A stretch of 64,000 nt of DNA, from the IMG/VR virus record IMGVR_UViG_3300032073_000024, positions 327 through 64,326 of that record; one strand, written 5' to 3'. Positions within the stretch are counted from its first letter, which is position 1; each line of letters opens with the position of its first letter. Shown here one piece after another: positions 48,545-59,123 of the stretch. A model generated the notes under the pieces. The model was not told where the DNA came from, did not search any database, and saw only the letters and a program-made list of their open reading frames with translations. Made by a program: the position numbers and the translations under genes. Source of the stretch: a virus. Its lineage: Duplodnaviria > Caudoviricetes.

Positions 48545-50394
48545 TAGTTAGTTACTGTTCTTTTGGTGGATGTATCAGACAAAGCTTTAGTTAAAGTGTA
48601 AGTATCTATTGTGGTTCCTGCCTTATCAATAAACTCAAACTTCAAAGTAGTTCCATCTACGGTTCCTTTAATAGCCCCATTCCCATTTGCTGCGCTGTGA
48701 AATTTCTCTGAAGTATAACCATTTGGTAATGTAGCACCGCTTCCACGGAGAGGCGCACCGCCTGCCCCATTGACTAGGTATCTGAAATCGTTTGCGTCTT
48801 TAATTCTTTCATAGTTATGAGCATGACCAGAGATAACAACATCAGCACCCATTGCAGGAAAATCCCAACGCATATCTGTATCACCGGGGCCATGCCCTCC
48901 ACTAGCAGTCTCAGATGAGTAAGGTGAATTATGAAAGTAAACCACTTTCCAATGTGATGAGCTATTACCAAGCTTTGACTCCAGCCACTCATGCTGCCCT
49001 CCAGTAATCCCAAGACCAAGCTTTGCGTTGTAAACACTGTTATCAGTTCTCTTGTTAGAGAACAGGCAGAAGAAATGGATCGGGCCTTTAACAAAATCGT
49101 AATACTCTTCATTGTTAGGAAGAGTGAAATAGTTTTTATAGTGAGCTAGTCCTGCATCTGTTGTGCCATAAGCTTCAATAATATCATGGTTTCCTATTGA
49201 GGGGAAAAACCTATTACCAGTTGTTGCATTAGATGTACTTGTGTAACCATGCAACCCAGACTGACCATATGGGAATATGAAATCTGAGTACCACTGACCT
49301 ACGTTAGTATCTAAATCTGTAATAGTAGTTTGGTCTCCACCAGTAGCTCCATAACTATTATCTCCTGTTGTTATAATAAACTCTGGAGACCAACCCTTAA
49401 CTAAGTCTGCAACTGCACTAGCATTAGTTCCATCATAAGCAGTTCCAGAGCCTCCAGTTGATGCGCCATAATCCCCAATAACACCAAAAGTAAAACTAAC
49501 ATCTACAGCAGCGTCAGCAGCTAATGTAGTAGTTGCAGCTTCTGTTGTAGCAGTAGTTGTGGTAGTAACATTTAATGCTTCATTGAATCTTTGGTTTCTT
49601 CTTTGAGCTAATATGTCATAAGCCTCTGGGCAGAAGAACGTCTTTTTGACTTCTGTTTGCTTTTTACATTCATGAATCAAATCACCCATTGCAGTATCAA
49701 AGTCCATGCTCATATACTTGTAACGCTCATAGTCGTTATCAAAGTCACGGGCATACTCCCTTTGAACATATAACTTAACAGCCCTTTTAAAATCAATGTC
49801 TTCAATAACTGCATCGTCCAATGAATACCTAGTCTTCACACCGTCCCACTCAACAACAATAACCTCATCAGAATTAATCCAAGGAGATATGTAGATACGG
49901 TTTCTGTCTATAGCCCATTGACCAATCACCGCTCTTCCGTGCTTGTTAGTAGTTAAGGTTTTTGTTGTGCCGCTACGTGTAACTCTAAAATCAGAATCTT
50001 CTTCTGGGTATTTGAATCCCATAGGAAGAGGATTTTTGTCTAAGTTTCTAGGAGGGTAAACCATAGATAAAAGCTTGAGGTTGTTACACTCAAGCTGATC
50101 AAGGCTTACTTGTGTGAATAAGGCTGGGTAAACTTCGTCCCCCTCCTTATCAAGCACAGTATATACTTTGTTAATACGGCCCTTGGGCGCATCAATAACA
50201 GTCTTCCCTCCTTGAAAATAGGTGGAACACTGCGGGTATCTATTAATATTTCTAGACTGAAGGCATGGAACATACCGCTGGAGGTGAGTTACTGCCGCCT
50301 CAAAACTTTTATGTATGGGCGCAACAAGGTTTTCTGGAACCCCTTCAGGCCAGATGTCGCTTCGCAACTCTGTTACCAGTTCGGTAAATCTCAT
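48544..50394 (-). CDS. Putative head-tail adaptor fused to a calcineurin-like metallophosphoesterase
   Basis: N-terminal ~270 aa lie in the adaptor position, then a Thr/Ala linker, then GDYG, GDNSY, GNHD, FH and GHAH metal-binding motifs. Confidence 0.75.
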   Translation of the reverse strand: MRFTELVTELRSDIWPEGVPENLVAPIHKSFEAAVTHLQRYVPCLQSRNINRYPQCSTYFQGGKTVIDAPKGRINKVYTVLDKEGDEVYPALFTQVSLDQLECNNLKLLSMVYPPRNLDKNPLPMGFKYPEEDSDFRVTRSGTTKTLTTNKHGRAVIGQWAIDRNRIYISPWINSDEVIVVEWDGVKTRYSLDDAVIEDIDFKRAVKLYVQREYARDFDNDYERYKYMSMDFDTAMGDLIHECKKQTEVKKTFFCPEAYDILAQRRNQRFNEALNVTTTTTATTEAATTTLAADAAVDVSFTFGVIGDYGASTGGSGTAYDGTNASAVADLVKGWSPEFIITTGDNSYGATGGDQTTITDLDTNVGQWYSDFIFPYGQSGLHGYTSTSNATTGNRFFPSIGNHDIIEAYGTTDAGLAHYKNYFTLPNNEEYYDFVKGPIHFFCLFSNKRTDNSVYNAKLGLGITGGQHEWLESKLGNSSSHWKVVYFHNSPYSSETASGGHGPGDTDMRWDFPAMGADVVISGHAHNYERIKDANDFRYLVNGAGGAPLRGSGATLPNGYTSEKFHSAANGNGAIKGTVDGTTLKFEFIDKAGTTIDTYTLTKALSDTSTKRTVTN

Positions 50395-50396
50395 GT

Positions 50397-50837
50397 TTAA
50401 TCTTCAGTTTTTGTAGCAGCTTTACGCTTTCCTACTTTTGGTTTGGAATCTTCTGGGAGGGTTTTTTCTTTTGCTTGTCCTTCAACTGCGGCAGCAGCAG
50501 GCTCTTTAGCCCCCACAGCATTTTTTGCCACGGTCTTGGATCGTCGTAATCCGTCTGCTTTGATTTCTTCTCTCCATAGCGGCTCGGATGGACTGGATTG
50601 ATTCTTTTTTTTTAAACGCTCATACTCTTCTTTAGTTCCTTTAGATACCCCATACATTCCATCTAAAGGCTCAACCAGTTTATTCATATCGTCATCAACT
50701 ATTGCGTAGCCGATTGGAACACCTTCCGGTCTGCCTAAATCCTCAGTGGGAAGAAGTATCTTTTCAGGACTCTTGGCAAGATTGATCTTATTCATAGGGG
50801 ACTCTTGCCTCCAATAATGCTTTTTTGGACTAGCCAT
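50397..50837 (-). CDS. Hypothetical protein downstream of capsid
   Basis: 146-aa ORF. Confidence 0.65.
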   Translation of the reverse strand: MASPKKHYWRQESPMNKINLAKSPEKILLPTEDLGRPEGVPIGYAIVDDDMNKLVEPLDGMYGVSKGTKEEYERLKKKNQSSPSEPLWREEIKADGLRRSKTVAKNAVGAKEPAAAAVEGQAKEKTLPEDSKPKVGKRKAATKTED

Positions 50838-50852
50838 ACATGAAGACTATAT

Positions 50853-50884
50853 AGAAAAGAGGGCGGTCTTGACAACCGCCCCCT
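50853..50884 (-). terminator. Intrinsic terminator after the capsid gene
   Basis: On the minus strand: ggggcggt-tgtcaag-accgccctc followed by ttttct. Confidence 0.65.
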
Positions 50885-50908
50885 TGCAAACTTGTTATTT
50901 AAAACTTA

Positions 50909-52831
50909 TTAGGTCTGTTCTATTTCAGAACCGTCAAAGTTCTCAATGATGAGGTTGTCCGTAGGACACTCAACAATTGCTGTCCAAGTGGTGGAGTTCA
51001 GCGTTGTCTCCTTAGTCGGGTTGTTCATCACGCAAGCGTATGTTGAGTCAGACTTAGCAAGATCAGCCAAATCACCAGTCTTATGAACCACACGATTGGA
51101 TGCAATGATGCCGGGGTAGATACCGCCACCTAAATCCAGAACCATAAGGAACCTTCCATGTGATCCAGCAGTTGCATGACCAGCAGCATTAGCGTCACCA
51201 GCAGCAGCAGCCGTTACCATGTCATCCATGAACTCGTTAGTGATCACGTTCAGTGTCACCCCGGCTGGGTAATGCAACTTGTAAGACTGTGCATAGAAAC
51301 CCAAGTTAGAGATGTTCTTATTGGTAATGTCATAATTGACATTCAACGTAGAATCACTCTCAGTCTTGTAGTATTTCATCATCACATTGAAGATGTTCTT
51401 TGCAGTCTTAGAGTCTGTGAACACATCAATAGAATCAGCAGGCTTGCCTTGATCCTTGCGTGAACGAACTAGCTTAAAGATGTCCTCCTCAAGGAACTCA
51501 TCTAGTTTTAATTTTGCCCCCAACTTATCAGTAACACGACCAGTGTCAGCTAACTGACGGTAAACACCAATAGCATTTGCCCGGTAGCCGATTGCAGAAC
51601 CCTCAATATCAGTACCCCAATCACTATCTGTTGATGCGTTACTAACTGAATTGATTACATCTAATTCCTTGTATGTCGCAAGCGACTGTTTAGGCCCAAT
51701 TGGCTGACCCCAGAAGAATGAGTTAACCCATTCTTTTTGGTGCGTTAATCCTAATTGAGCGTTTCGCTCTGCAAGAGGCACATCTCCAAACTTATTAAAG
51801 TAAGCATTTGTCCTCATCATGCGCTCTAGCCATTCTTTGTAGAATTCTGAAACGCAAAGCGAAGTCCGAGATGTTTGATACCAAAACGGAACGTGCTTCA
51901 AAGTATTAAGAGCAGGACGCTGTTCGCACCATGTCTCAAAATCATTGATGTTATTTGTGCCTATCACACAAACACCGCCACCGCCAGTGTTATAAGCACC
52001 AACAGCAGAACCTATTTTGTTGTTACCAAAAACAAAATCTGAGGAAGCAACATCTGCATTGTTACCCCAGCCGCTTTGGAATTTAACACCTACGTCAACA
52101 AAGGTAGCTCCTTGAACAACACTTACAATCTTGAAGGCAAACCTATAGCCTGCACCCGTGTCGGATTTTTTAGTAAACCAATTCAGAGTTGCGCCCGTAG
52201 TGAAATACTCTTTCGCATTAGGCTGGTTTCCAAAATCATCAGTAGGCTGATTAACTCTCAATACCCATTGGCCTCCAGCAGCAGACACTGAAGCTGCAAG
52301 TGGGGGGTCGTGGGTTACAGAGGCTGTGGATGTGTTAAGGCTAGATGATGTTGCGCTTGTTTCATAATCATAAGCATGATCAAACAGTTTATCAACAATC
52401 CAGTAATTGTCCTTAATTACATCTTTCTGTGCTGCCAAAATGAAAGGCTCAATCTCACTATTGCCGCCAGCAATGCTGCGCTTTGTGAGGGTACTTCCCA
52501 TAGATTTAGCACTAGACATTAGCCAGTCATACATACCGTACTGACGGCCACCGCAAGCTTTAAGCTCCATCTGAGTTACTAGAAGGCTTTCCATATCACG
52601 GTAGCGAGAAAAGCCAGTTCCCATCTCGTTGTTAGACGAATCAGTGGCGGCAAATATTGCATCTAAATCCCCTGACTCTGCTAACCCTACATCAGCCCGT
52701 GTCATTGTTCCACAAGAGCTGTAGCTATTCCATATAGCTGTATTCGCTACACCCGCAGAAGTGAACTGCGTGTCCCGAAATGTGCTACTTCCACCACCGC
52801 CTGTGGGCGGTACATTTGTTCCAGTTGGCAT
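50909..52831 (-). CDS. Major capsid protein (large, with insertion)
   Basis: Follows portal and scaffold, has AAAGGA upstream and a terminator downstream; WYQTSRT...EW..SFFWG pattern resembles podovirus HK97-fold capsids. Confidence 0.7.
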   Translation of the reverse strand: MPTGTNVPPTGGGGSSTFRDTQFTSAGVANTAIWNSYSSCGTMTRADVGLAESGDLDAIFAATDSSNNEMGTGFSRYRDMESLLVTQMELKACGGRQYGMYDWLMSSAKSMGSTLTKRSIAGGNSEIEPFILAAQKDVIKDNYWIVDKLFDHAYDYETSATSSSLNTSTASVTHDPPLAASVSAAGGQWVLRVNQPTDDFGNQPNAKEYFTTGATLNWFTKKSDTGAGYRFAFKIVSVVQGATFVDVGVKFQSGWGNNADVASSDFVFGNNKIGSAVGAYNTGGGGVCVIGTNNINDFETWCEQRPALNTLKHVPFWYQTSRTSLCVSEFYKEWLERMMRTNAYFNKFGDVPLAERNAQLGLTHQKEWVNSFFWGQPIGPKQSLATYKELDVINSVSNASTDSDWGTDIEGSAIGYRANAIGVYRQLADTGRVTDKLGAKLKLDEFLEEDIFKLVRSRKDQGKPADSIDVFTDSKTAKNIFNVMMKYYKTESDSTLNVNYDITNKNISNLGFYAQSYKLHYPAGVTLNVITNEFMDDMVTAAAAGDANAAGHATAGSHGRFLMVLDLGGGIYPGIIASNRVVHKTGDLADLAKSDSTYACVMNNPTKETTLNSTTWTAIVECPTDNLIIENFDGSEIEQT

Positions 52832-52881
52832 AATTATCCTTTTTCTTTAAACAGAAACTTCTGTTTGATGGAGAGAGTATA

Positions 52882-54444
52882 TCATCCCCATAGACGTTTA
52901 CTCATATTTTTCCCATCACCTAAATCTACAGTTGCGGCAGGGTTGCCCCCTGTGGCAGTTACTGCTTCACCCGCAGTTGATGGAGGGTTAGTTTTAACCC
53001 GTTTTTGTTGGGCGGGTTTAGGTTGCTCATTTTTCTTCGGGGAACTTTTTTGCCCAGACTTATGCTGAACGTACTTGTCAAAAACTTCACGCTGCTTATC
53101 AATGCGGTTTTTAGCGTCCTGACCGACATCTGATATATACATTGCTTTAATGTGTTCCGGTTGTATACGCCAGTAACTTAATCGCTGCGTCTCGTTCATT
53201 GATTGCCATTGTTGTGTTGTAGCAAACCTTTTGCCTTGATGCATTTGATCATTTAAAGGAAGGTTAGAAATATCCTTCTCCTTCTGTATAGCAAAGTCTA
53301 TCAGCTTCTTATGGGTTTCATTGTTTATATTTAATCTAAACTTTTTGGAAGGATGAGTCAGCTTCTCAAGCTCATACAAAGCTTTCTCATTACTAGATAA
53401 AACTTCATTAAGCACATCGTGAGCCACAGGGTCAGAGTCTTTGAGGGCATCACCGCCCCCATCTTGAACTACCTTCAAGTAGTTTTCGTCTGCCATCTTA
53501 ACTATTTCGGCAACACTGGAATTAGATGCAGCTTGAAGCTCCTCCTTCATATTGCCTTCATCAACAGAAGAGCGAAGCTCTTCAATTTGGTCACGATAAG
53601 AACGCTCCTGTTCTTGTATTAAACTGCGAGCCTTAACAGTAATCCTTGCATCAGTGAAATCATTAATGTCGTAAGACGGCTGATTTCCTGAAATGAAATC
53701 CTCATGCTCTATGTCATCAAGAGAAAATTTTCCAGACGGATTATCTTTTAACCATTCTGTCTTATACTGTGACAGTTTAGTGAGGTAATCTAAATGCTTA
53801 TTTCGTATACCTTTATACTTAGAGTCTTTCTCCATTTCAGAGAAAACTTCTAAGTCTTTTTTATTTTTAAGTTCAATCTCATTAACTGCTTTTTTCTCAA
53901 CAATAGGCTCTTGAGGTGAAGTAGAACTCTGTGCAACTGACTCTGCCGTTGTTCTAATGATATCTTTTATATCTTCAGCGTCTATTCCCTCTTTCTTTTT
54001 ACGTTTACGTTTAGCTTTTACTGGCTCCTCTTCAGCCCTTAGCTCTTCTTGTTGCTCTACCTCTGGCTCTTCTTGTTGCTCTACCTCTGGCTCTTCTTTA
54101 ACTTCTGCTTTTACTTCTTTAGCTTTAGGCTTATTAAACCCTAGGCGATCCATGAAACTATCCACCGCATCTGAAACCTCTTCAGTTTTCTGGCCTTCTG
54201 CTGGCTCATTAATTTCTGGTGCTTTTTCTTGTGGGGGTTCTGGGGTAGCGGCTGGTGTTTCTTCTTGGCTTTGAGGTGGAGACAGTACATCCATAGCCCG
54301 TAAAACCCCTGATTCTTTAGGCTTAGGATTGTTTATATCTTCATTGCCTTGCAGTCCTTCAGCTTCAGCGGCTTTAAGGACTTTCATTGAAGGCAAGACT
54401 GTTTCCGCCATATGTCGTTCTACTCTTTCGGCTATTTCACTCAT
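52882..54444 (-). CDS. Capsid scaffolding protein
   Basis: Acidic, low-complexity, helical; directly upstream of the capsid; contains an EEPEVEQQ repeat. Confidence 0.6.
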   Translation of the reverse strand: MSEIAERVERHMAETVLPSMKVLKAAEAEGLQGNEDINNPKPKESGVLRAMDVLSPPQSQEETPAATPEPPQEKAPEINEPAEGQKTEEVSDAVDSFMDRLGFNKPKAKEVKAEVKEEPEVEQQEEPEVEQQEELRAEEEPVKAKRKRKKKEGIDAEDIKDIIRTTAESVAQSSTSPQEPIVEKKAVNEIELKNKKDLEVFSEMEKDSKYKGIRNKHLDYLTKLSQYKTEWLKDNPSGKFSLDDIEHEDFISGNQPSYDINDFTDARITVKARSLIQEQERSYRDQIEELRSSVDEGNMKEELQAASNSSVAEIVKMADENYLKVVQDGGGDALKDSDPVAHDVLNEVLSSNEKALYELEKLTHPSKKFRLNINNETHKKLIDFAIQKEKDISNLPLNDQMHQGKRFATTQQWQSMNETQRLSYWRIQPEHIKAMYISDVGQDAKNRIDKQREVFDKYVQHKSGQKSSPKKNEQPKPAQQKRVKTNPPSTAGEAVTATGGNPAATVDLGDGKNMSKRLWG

Positions 54445-54448
54445 AAGA

Positions 54449-54742
54449 TTATTGTTCTATAGAAATTTTAGTTATAGGTAGCTCCATTTGACCCGAAGCA
54501 ATTGTGGTTAATATAGTCAAAAAGTTCACCAATTGACTAGCTTTATCCGCTTCTGCCTTGGCATCTGCTTCTTTGCGGGGGTCTGCAATTGATTCAATTA
54601 ACAGCCTAGAAGCTGCTTCTTGGTGGGAAGCAATCAATCCTTTTATATGTTTTTTTAACTTAGCGCACTGGCCCTGTTGGAGCCAATGTTGGATCTCCAG
54701 CATCTGCTGGGATTCCAGTGGGGATTGGGTTATCTGTATCAT
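54449..54742 (-). CDS. Small helical protein between portal and scaffold
   Basis: Probable start MIQITQ at 54742. Confidence 0.55.
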   Translation of the reverse strand: MIQITQSPLESQQMLEIQHWLQQGQCAKLKKHIKGLIASHQEAASRLLIESIADPRKEADAKAEADKASQLVNFLTILTTIASGQMELPITKISIEQ

Positions 54743-56963
54743 ACTGTTGAGGGCTTGGCGGCTGTGGCCCACCCTGAATAGCATTAACAATTTGTTGTAT
54801 CATAGTGCTATTTTGCTGTGTGCTTTCAGCTAAAGGCTTTAAAGCCTCGCCTACCTCATTTATTATTGAGTTCCTAATCTCTTCAGCTACTGCCGCCATC
54901 TGATCTCCTTGGCCTGCTTGGCCTTGAGGCTGATCTTCTGGACTTAGTTTCTGAAGTTTGAAATCTTTCGGAAGCCCTAGTTGTTCACCAATTTGATTTA
55001 TAACATCAAGCACTTGATCAATACCAACTGTCTGCCTGATCTCTGGATCACTAGCCACCATTTGGTAAAGCTGAGTTAAGGCAGCAGCCATAGCATTATC
55101 AGATATACGATCTGTTGAATCACGGTAACTACCAATAACATCAAGACTGAGGGCGGTCTTTTGCCCACGAACCCCAACTAGGCCAGACCTATCTGCGTCT
55201 TGCTCTTCAAGAGTAAACCCAAGATCATTGATCTGTTCTGGCGTGTAACCAGAATTAATTTGTGCATAAACTTCTTCTTCACCATACGCCATTAACCCGC
55301 GATAAACTTGCTCTTTCCAAGCAAGCATTGCGTCATCTACAGCCGATGCGGTAAAAGCTAAACGGGTTGTTGTAGTTCCTGCAATCGTCCGAACTTCTTC
55401 AGCAGTCTGTTCATGACTAGCTACTTGTGCAATTTCTTGTGCAGAGATAACCAGTAAACGCTCCAGCATGTCTATAACCTGACGCATTGCCCCAACTATC
55501 CCATTAGTGTCTAATGCATTAAACCTTACAGAAGTGAAAGCTTCTCTTACATCACTCTGGGCAAACTTGTTTTGTCTAGAGGAGAACGGCATAAAGTTTA
55601 AACTACGGAACAACTTCTCTCCCCAGTTCTGTAGCTTGTCTATCATATCCTTTGGCACTTGATCAGTATCAACAAAGGTCATGTTTGCTAAATTCTGCTT
55701 AACACTTAAAAGATATTGGCTAAGTAAGTTACCTACTTGATCTTGAAATGGAATTATCTCAAGACTTAATGACGAGTTAATACTCTTCCCTTCGTGAGGG
55801 TCGTAAGCGTAGTAAATAACCGGGCAATAGGGGATAGGAGCAGCATACAAAATAGTGTCGTCGTTAGCCAAACAAAAACGAAACCACACAGGATGGTCAT
55901 AATCGCCAAGGCCATGATCGCTTGGAATAATTTTTTCATAATACTCTGTAACTAATACCGCCTTATCATCATCAGTTGAATTATATACAGTATCAATGCT
56001 TGATTCTCTGTCAGTAATTCCAAAAGAAGCCCTGCTCTTAGGAAACTCCATAGTACAAGGAGATACCAGTTCTAAATAAGTTCTAGCTCTACCAAGAAGA
56101 TCACTTGTTTTTCCGTAAGTTATTTTATCTGTATTCCAGAACTTACTGTTTGATCGGATGTCTCGGTAACGCATGATTCTCCAGTAGCCAGCAAACATGC
56201 AACCGGAGTCTGAGTTAAATGTTGTAGGTCTATGAGCTTGATCAAGGAATACTCTACTAGGATGAGGTAGATTATATCTTATTCCTTCTTTAGAGTATTT
56301 TTCTTCCTCTTCTCCTGTTTCATCTAATCCAATCTGCTTTTCTGAATGCCACTCTTCCTGTGGAAACTGAGCGGCCCACCCGTAATGAAGCATATGGAAT
56401 ATAGACTGTTTCAATAATTCACTGTACCCATATTGGTTTGATATCACTTGAACCCTGTCAGTTATTATCTCTGACCGAAGCTTATTAGTCGTAGTGTTTT
56501 TACCCATTTCATACTTAAACAACGGGTACTGACGGCGATCATTATAAATTCTAGCCCAACGGATTGTCACATAAGAACGAACTAATGGGACAAATATATT
56601 AAAGAACATTGGGAGGTTTAGTTTCTGCTTCTGGCCTTTAGTATCCTTAACATCTTCAAGCATACCAGTAAGACCCCAGTCTCTTGCTGCATTAAGAACA
56701 GATTCATCACTTAGATCCTGATCTGAAATTGAATGAGCAAGAGTGTGACTAACTTGTTTTAATGGAGCGTCCCATGCAATATCAAGCGCATGATAAATTT
56801 TATGATTTTTAATACAATGGTTTAGGCCGTCATCAATTCTGTGCTTTATCCTATCTAAAAGAAATGCGCCTTTATCTGATATCTCTGAATCATCCCCAGC
56901 AAAAACTTTTTTAGCAGTTTCAGCATTTACACCTCTTTTATTTAGTACGTTTAAATCTATCAT
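54660..56963 (-). CDS. Portal protein
   Basis: 767 aa; TAEEV motif, Q-rich helical C-terminus, and position between terminase and scaffold. Confidence 0.75.
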   Translation of the reverse strand: MIDLNVLNKRGVNAETAKKVFAGDDSEISDKGAFLLDRIKHRIDDGLNHCIKNHKIYHALDIAWDAPLKQVSHTLAHSISDQDLSDESVLNAARDWGLTGMLEDVKDTKGQKQKLNLPMFFNIFVPLVRSYVTIRWARIYNDRRQYPLFKYEMGKNTTTNKLRSEIITDRVQVISNQYGYSELLKQSIFHMLHYGWAAQFPQEEWHSEKQIGLDETGEEEEKYSKEGIRYNLPHPSRVFLDQAHRPTTFNSDSGCMFAGYWRIMRYRDIRSNSKFWNTDKITYGKTSDLLGRARTYLELVSPCTMEFPKSRASFGITDRESSIDTVYNSTDDDKAVLVTEYYEKIIPSDHGLGDYDHPVWFRFCLANDDTILYAAPIPYCPVIYYAYDPHEGKSINSSLSLEIIPFQDQVGNLLSQYLLSVKQNLANMTFVDTDQVPKDMIDKLQNWGEKLFRSLNFMPFSSRQNKFAQSDVREAFTSVRFNALDTNGIVGAMRQVIDMLERLLVISAQEIAQVASHEQTAEEVRTIAGTTTTRLAFTASAVDDAMLAWKEQVYRGLMAYGEEEVYAQINSGYTPEQINDLGFTLEEQDADRSGLVGVRGQKTALSLDVIGSYRDSTDRISDNAMAAALTQLYQMVASDPEIRQTVGIDQVLDVINQIGEQLGLPKDFKLQKLSPEDQPQGQAGQGDQMAAVAEEIRNSIINEVGEALKPLAESTQQNSTMIQQIVNAIQGGPQPPSPQQYDTDNPIPTGIPADAGDPTLAPTGPVR

Positions 56964-57226
56964 TAGATTATCTTAGGTGACTTTCTAGCCACCATGTTTT
57001 TGTGAAACTGATCCATTATCTGTTTCCTTTTTTTACCGCTCACCGGCCTCCAAAGCTTAACATATCCTACCATTCCGGCCACCTTTACATTGCCTTCAAA
57101 ATACAAAACACTCCTATACCCTCGGCCAGTCTTTGGCTTTAAGTCGTGGAGCTTTATATCTGCATCTATGGTTCCGTCTTCTTTATAATTTACCAAGACG
57201 TTCCACTTCTTAGGCTTCTTTGGCAT
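56963..57226 (-). CDS. Hypothetical basic protein
   Basis: 87-aa coupled ORF. Confidence 0.55.
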   Translation of the reverse strand: MPKKPKKWNVLVNYKEDGTIDADIKLHDLKPKTGRGYRSVLYFEGNVKVAGMVGYVKLWRPVSGKKRKQIMDQFHKNMVARKSPKII

Positions 57227-57461
57227 CCTCTTTCATTATAATAGCAACAGCTTTAGGAGCTTCTTCCTCGTCGTACTCTTCATCGTAATCATCATCTCCG
57301 TATTTCTCAACAGATTCTGGATCTACATCAGCTACTAATTGTTCAGCGTTTTCGTTAACAGTAACATCAAGTGTTATTGTGTGAGTTTCTCCCGGCTGGC
57401 AGTCAGCGAAAGCTTCCTGCATAGCCGGATCAGTTAAGTCTATTGTTAGTTCATTTGCCAT
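57210..57461 (-). CDS. Hypothetical acidic protein
   Basis: 83-aa ORF. Confidence 0.6.
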   Translation of the reverse strand: MANELTIDLTDPAMQEAFADCQPGETHTITLDVTVNENAEQLVADVDPESVEKYGDDDYDEEYDEEEAPKAVAIIMKEDAKEA

Positions 57462-57492
57462 AAAGCCCGTAAATCGTTAAGGTATCACAGAT

Positions 57493-58965
57493 ATGCCGCT
57501 TGATGCTAGTGGATGCTGGTATCCATCAATCAGCCCAAAGCAGCTTGAGATATTCAACTGCACAAAAAGATACCTATTAGTTAGTGGGCCAAGATACTCT
57601 TCTAAAACAATTGGCGTACTCCACCGATTAGTAAGACATTGCTGGGAAACCAAAGGTGGGCGAGTTGGTATATTCTGTAAAACCATACGTAACGCAAAGT
57701 CTGGTGTTTGGTCTGATTTGATAGACCTTATACTGCCTGAATGGGAGGCAAACTTACAAGGATTCAAGATCACTGTTCCTCCAAAAGTTGATGGAGTCAC
57801 TAAGATGCATTACTTGCGCGTATCTAATATGCACGGGAATGAAACAGAAATACAACTACATTCTTTAGATGTTGATCACGACATTGAAGAGAAGATTAAA
57901 GGAACTAGGTTTTCTCTTATATTCTTTTCAGAGCTTTCAAACTTTAAAGACATGTGCGTGTTTACAATATCTAAAGGCCAGCTCCGCTTACCGGGGCTTG
58001 CCTACATGTCTCACCAATGGATAGGGGATACGAACCCAGCAGAAGAGGGAACAAACTCATGGATATATAAGCTTTGGTATGAAGAACCAAACAAAGAAGA
58101 CCATCCAGATCCTGAGTATGCAGAGCAATTCTCTATAATAGAATCCATGATTGACGATAATCCGTACTTATCTGAATACGACAAGAAAGATTTGATTGCC
58201 ACATTCCGTGGAGATCCTGAGATGTATGATAGATATGTTCTTGGGAAGTGGACAGCCTCTTCAACAAACGCACATTTCGGGAAAGTATTCAGAGTGGATA
58301 CCCATGTAGTTGGTAACACAGACAGCCCTATTCAAGATGAATGGGAAGTAATCCTGCCTACAGAAAACTGCACTGAGCTTATAGGGGGTTGGGATTTAGG
58401 AGACAGGAACCATGCGTTTCATATTCTAGAAAAAGTAGACACACTCCAAGGAATTAGATGGACTGTGTTAGATGAGCTTATTGTCTTACATCAAGATGTT
58501 TCTTTAGAGGACTTTACTGGGGAAGCTATGGAAAGAATTGAAAAACTAGAAGAGCATATAGGTAATAAAGTTAGATGGACTCACTGGTCTGACACATCAT
58601 CAATGGTTAGGTACAGAGCAAGCGCAAATTCTTACGATCATAGAGTAGTTGCGGCTGCAAGCGGTGGGAGAATAAATCTAATTGGCGCACCTAAGTTTGC
58701 AGGATCAGTTAGGCAGAGAGTAAAACTACTTAAAGACTTACTAATGCAAAACAGATTGCACATATCAGCAAACTGCCACGGAACAATTGATATGTTCAGG
58801 TACTTAAAGAGAGGTAGTAGTGTTGGAAGATACGTTTCTAACGACAACAACAAGCACAGTTTTGACTCACTAAGCTATGCTTTAATTGGCGAAATGTCTG
58901 CCGACCTTGAAATTTCCAGCGATCCGACCACCGGAAAAATCGGCTTAACTTCCGTCCCACTTTAA
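57493..58965 (+). CDS. terL: Terminase large subunit
   Basis: KQ motif, variant Walker A SGPRYSSKT, variant Walker B FFSE, DTNP, DNPYL, RYVLGKW, and nuclease residues GWDLG and HSFD. Confidence 0.85.
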   Translation: MPLDASGCWYPSISPKQLEIFNCTKRYLLVSGPRYSSKTIGVLHRLVRHCWETKGGRVGIFCKTIRNAKSGVWSDLIDLILPEWEANLQGFKITVPPKVDGVTKMHYLRVSNMHGNETEIQLHSLDVDHDIEEKIKGTRFSLIFFSELSNFKDMCVFTISKGQLRLPGLAYMSHQWIGDTNPAEEGTNSWIYKLWYEEPNKEDHPDPEYAEQFSIIESMIDDNPYLSEYDKKDLIATFRGDPEMYDRYVLGKWTASSTNAHFGKVFRVDTHVVGNTDSPIQDEWEVILPTENCTELIGGWDLGDRNHAFHILEKVDTLQGIRWTVLDELIVLHQDVSLEDFTGEAMERIEKLEEHIGNKVRWTHWSDTSSMVRYRASANSYDHRVVAAASGGRINLIGAPKFAGSVRQRVKLLKDLLMQNRLHISANCHGTIDMFRYLKRGSSVGRYVSNDNNKHSFDSLSYALIGEMSADLEISSDPTTGKIGLTSVPL

Positions 58966-58976
58966 TGCGAGGAGAC

Positions 58977-59123
58977 TTAAACGGATTTCTTCTTGCCACT
59001 TTTTTTCTTCTTAGAGAACCCAGACTTCATGTTAGAATAGGAACTCTTTGAGATTGTGGAATCTTTTTTAGAACGACTTGTACCAGCCTTCTTCCTCTTG
59101 TTTATATTATCATATAAGCTCAT
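58977..59123 (-). CDS. Small basic protein
   Basis: Not in the track: MSLYDNINKRKKAGTSRSKKDSTISKSSYSNMKSGF...; a common aquatic-phage peptide pattern. Confidence 0.6.
   Translation of the reverse strand: MSLYDNINKRKKAGTSRSKKDSTISKSSYSNMKSGFSKKKKSGKKKSV

Noticed and set aside
54040-54100. 24-bp tandem repeat in the scaffold gene
   Set aside because: It simply encodes the EEPEVEQQ duplication in a low-complexity linker.
28060-54274. Numerous + strand ORFs antisense to structural genes
   Set aside because: They are shadow frames of long minus-strand genes, Ser/Leu-rich and without recognisable motifs.
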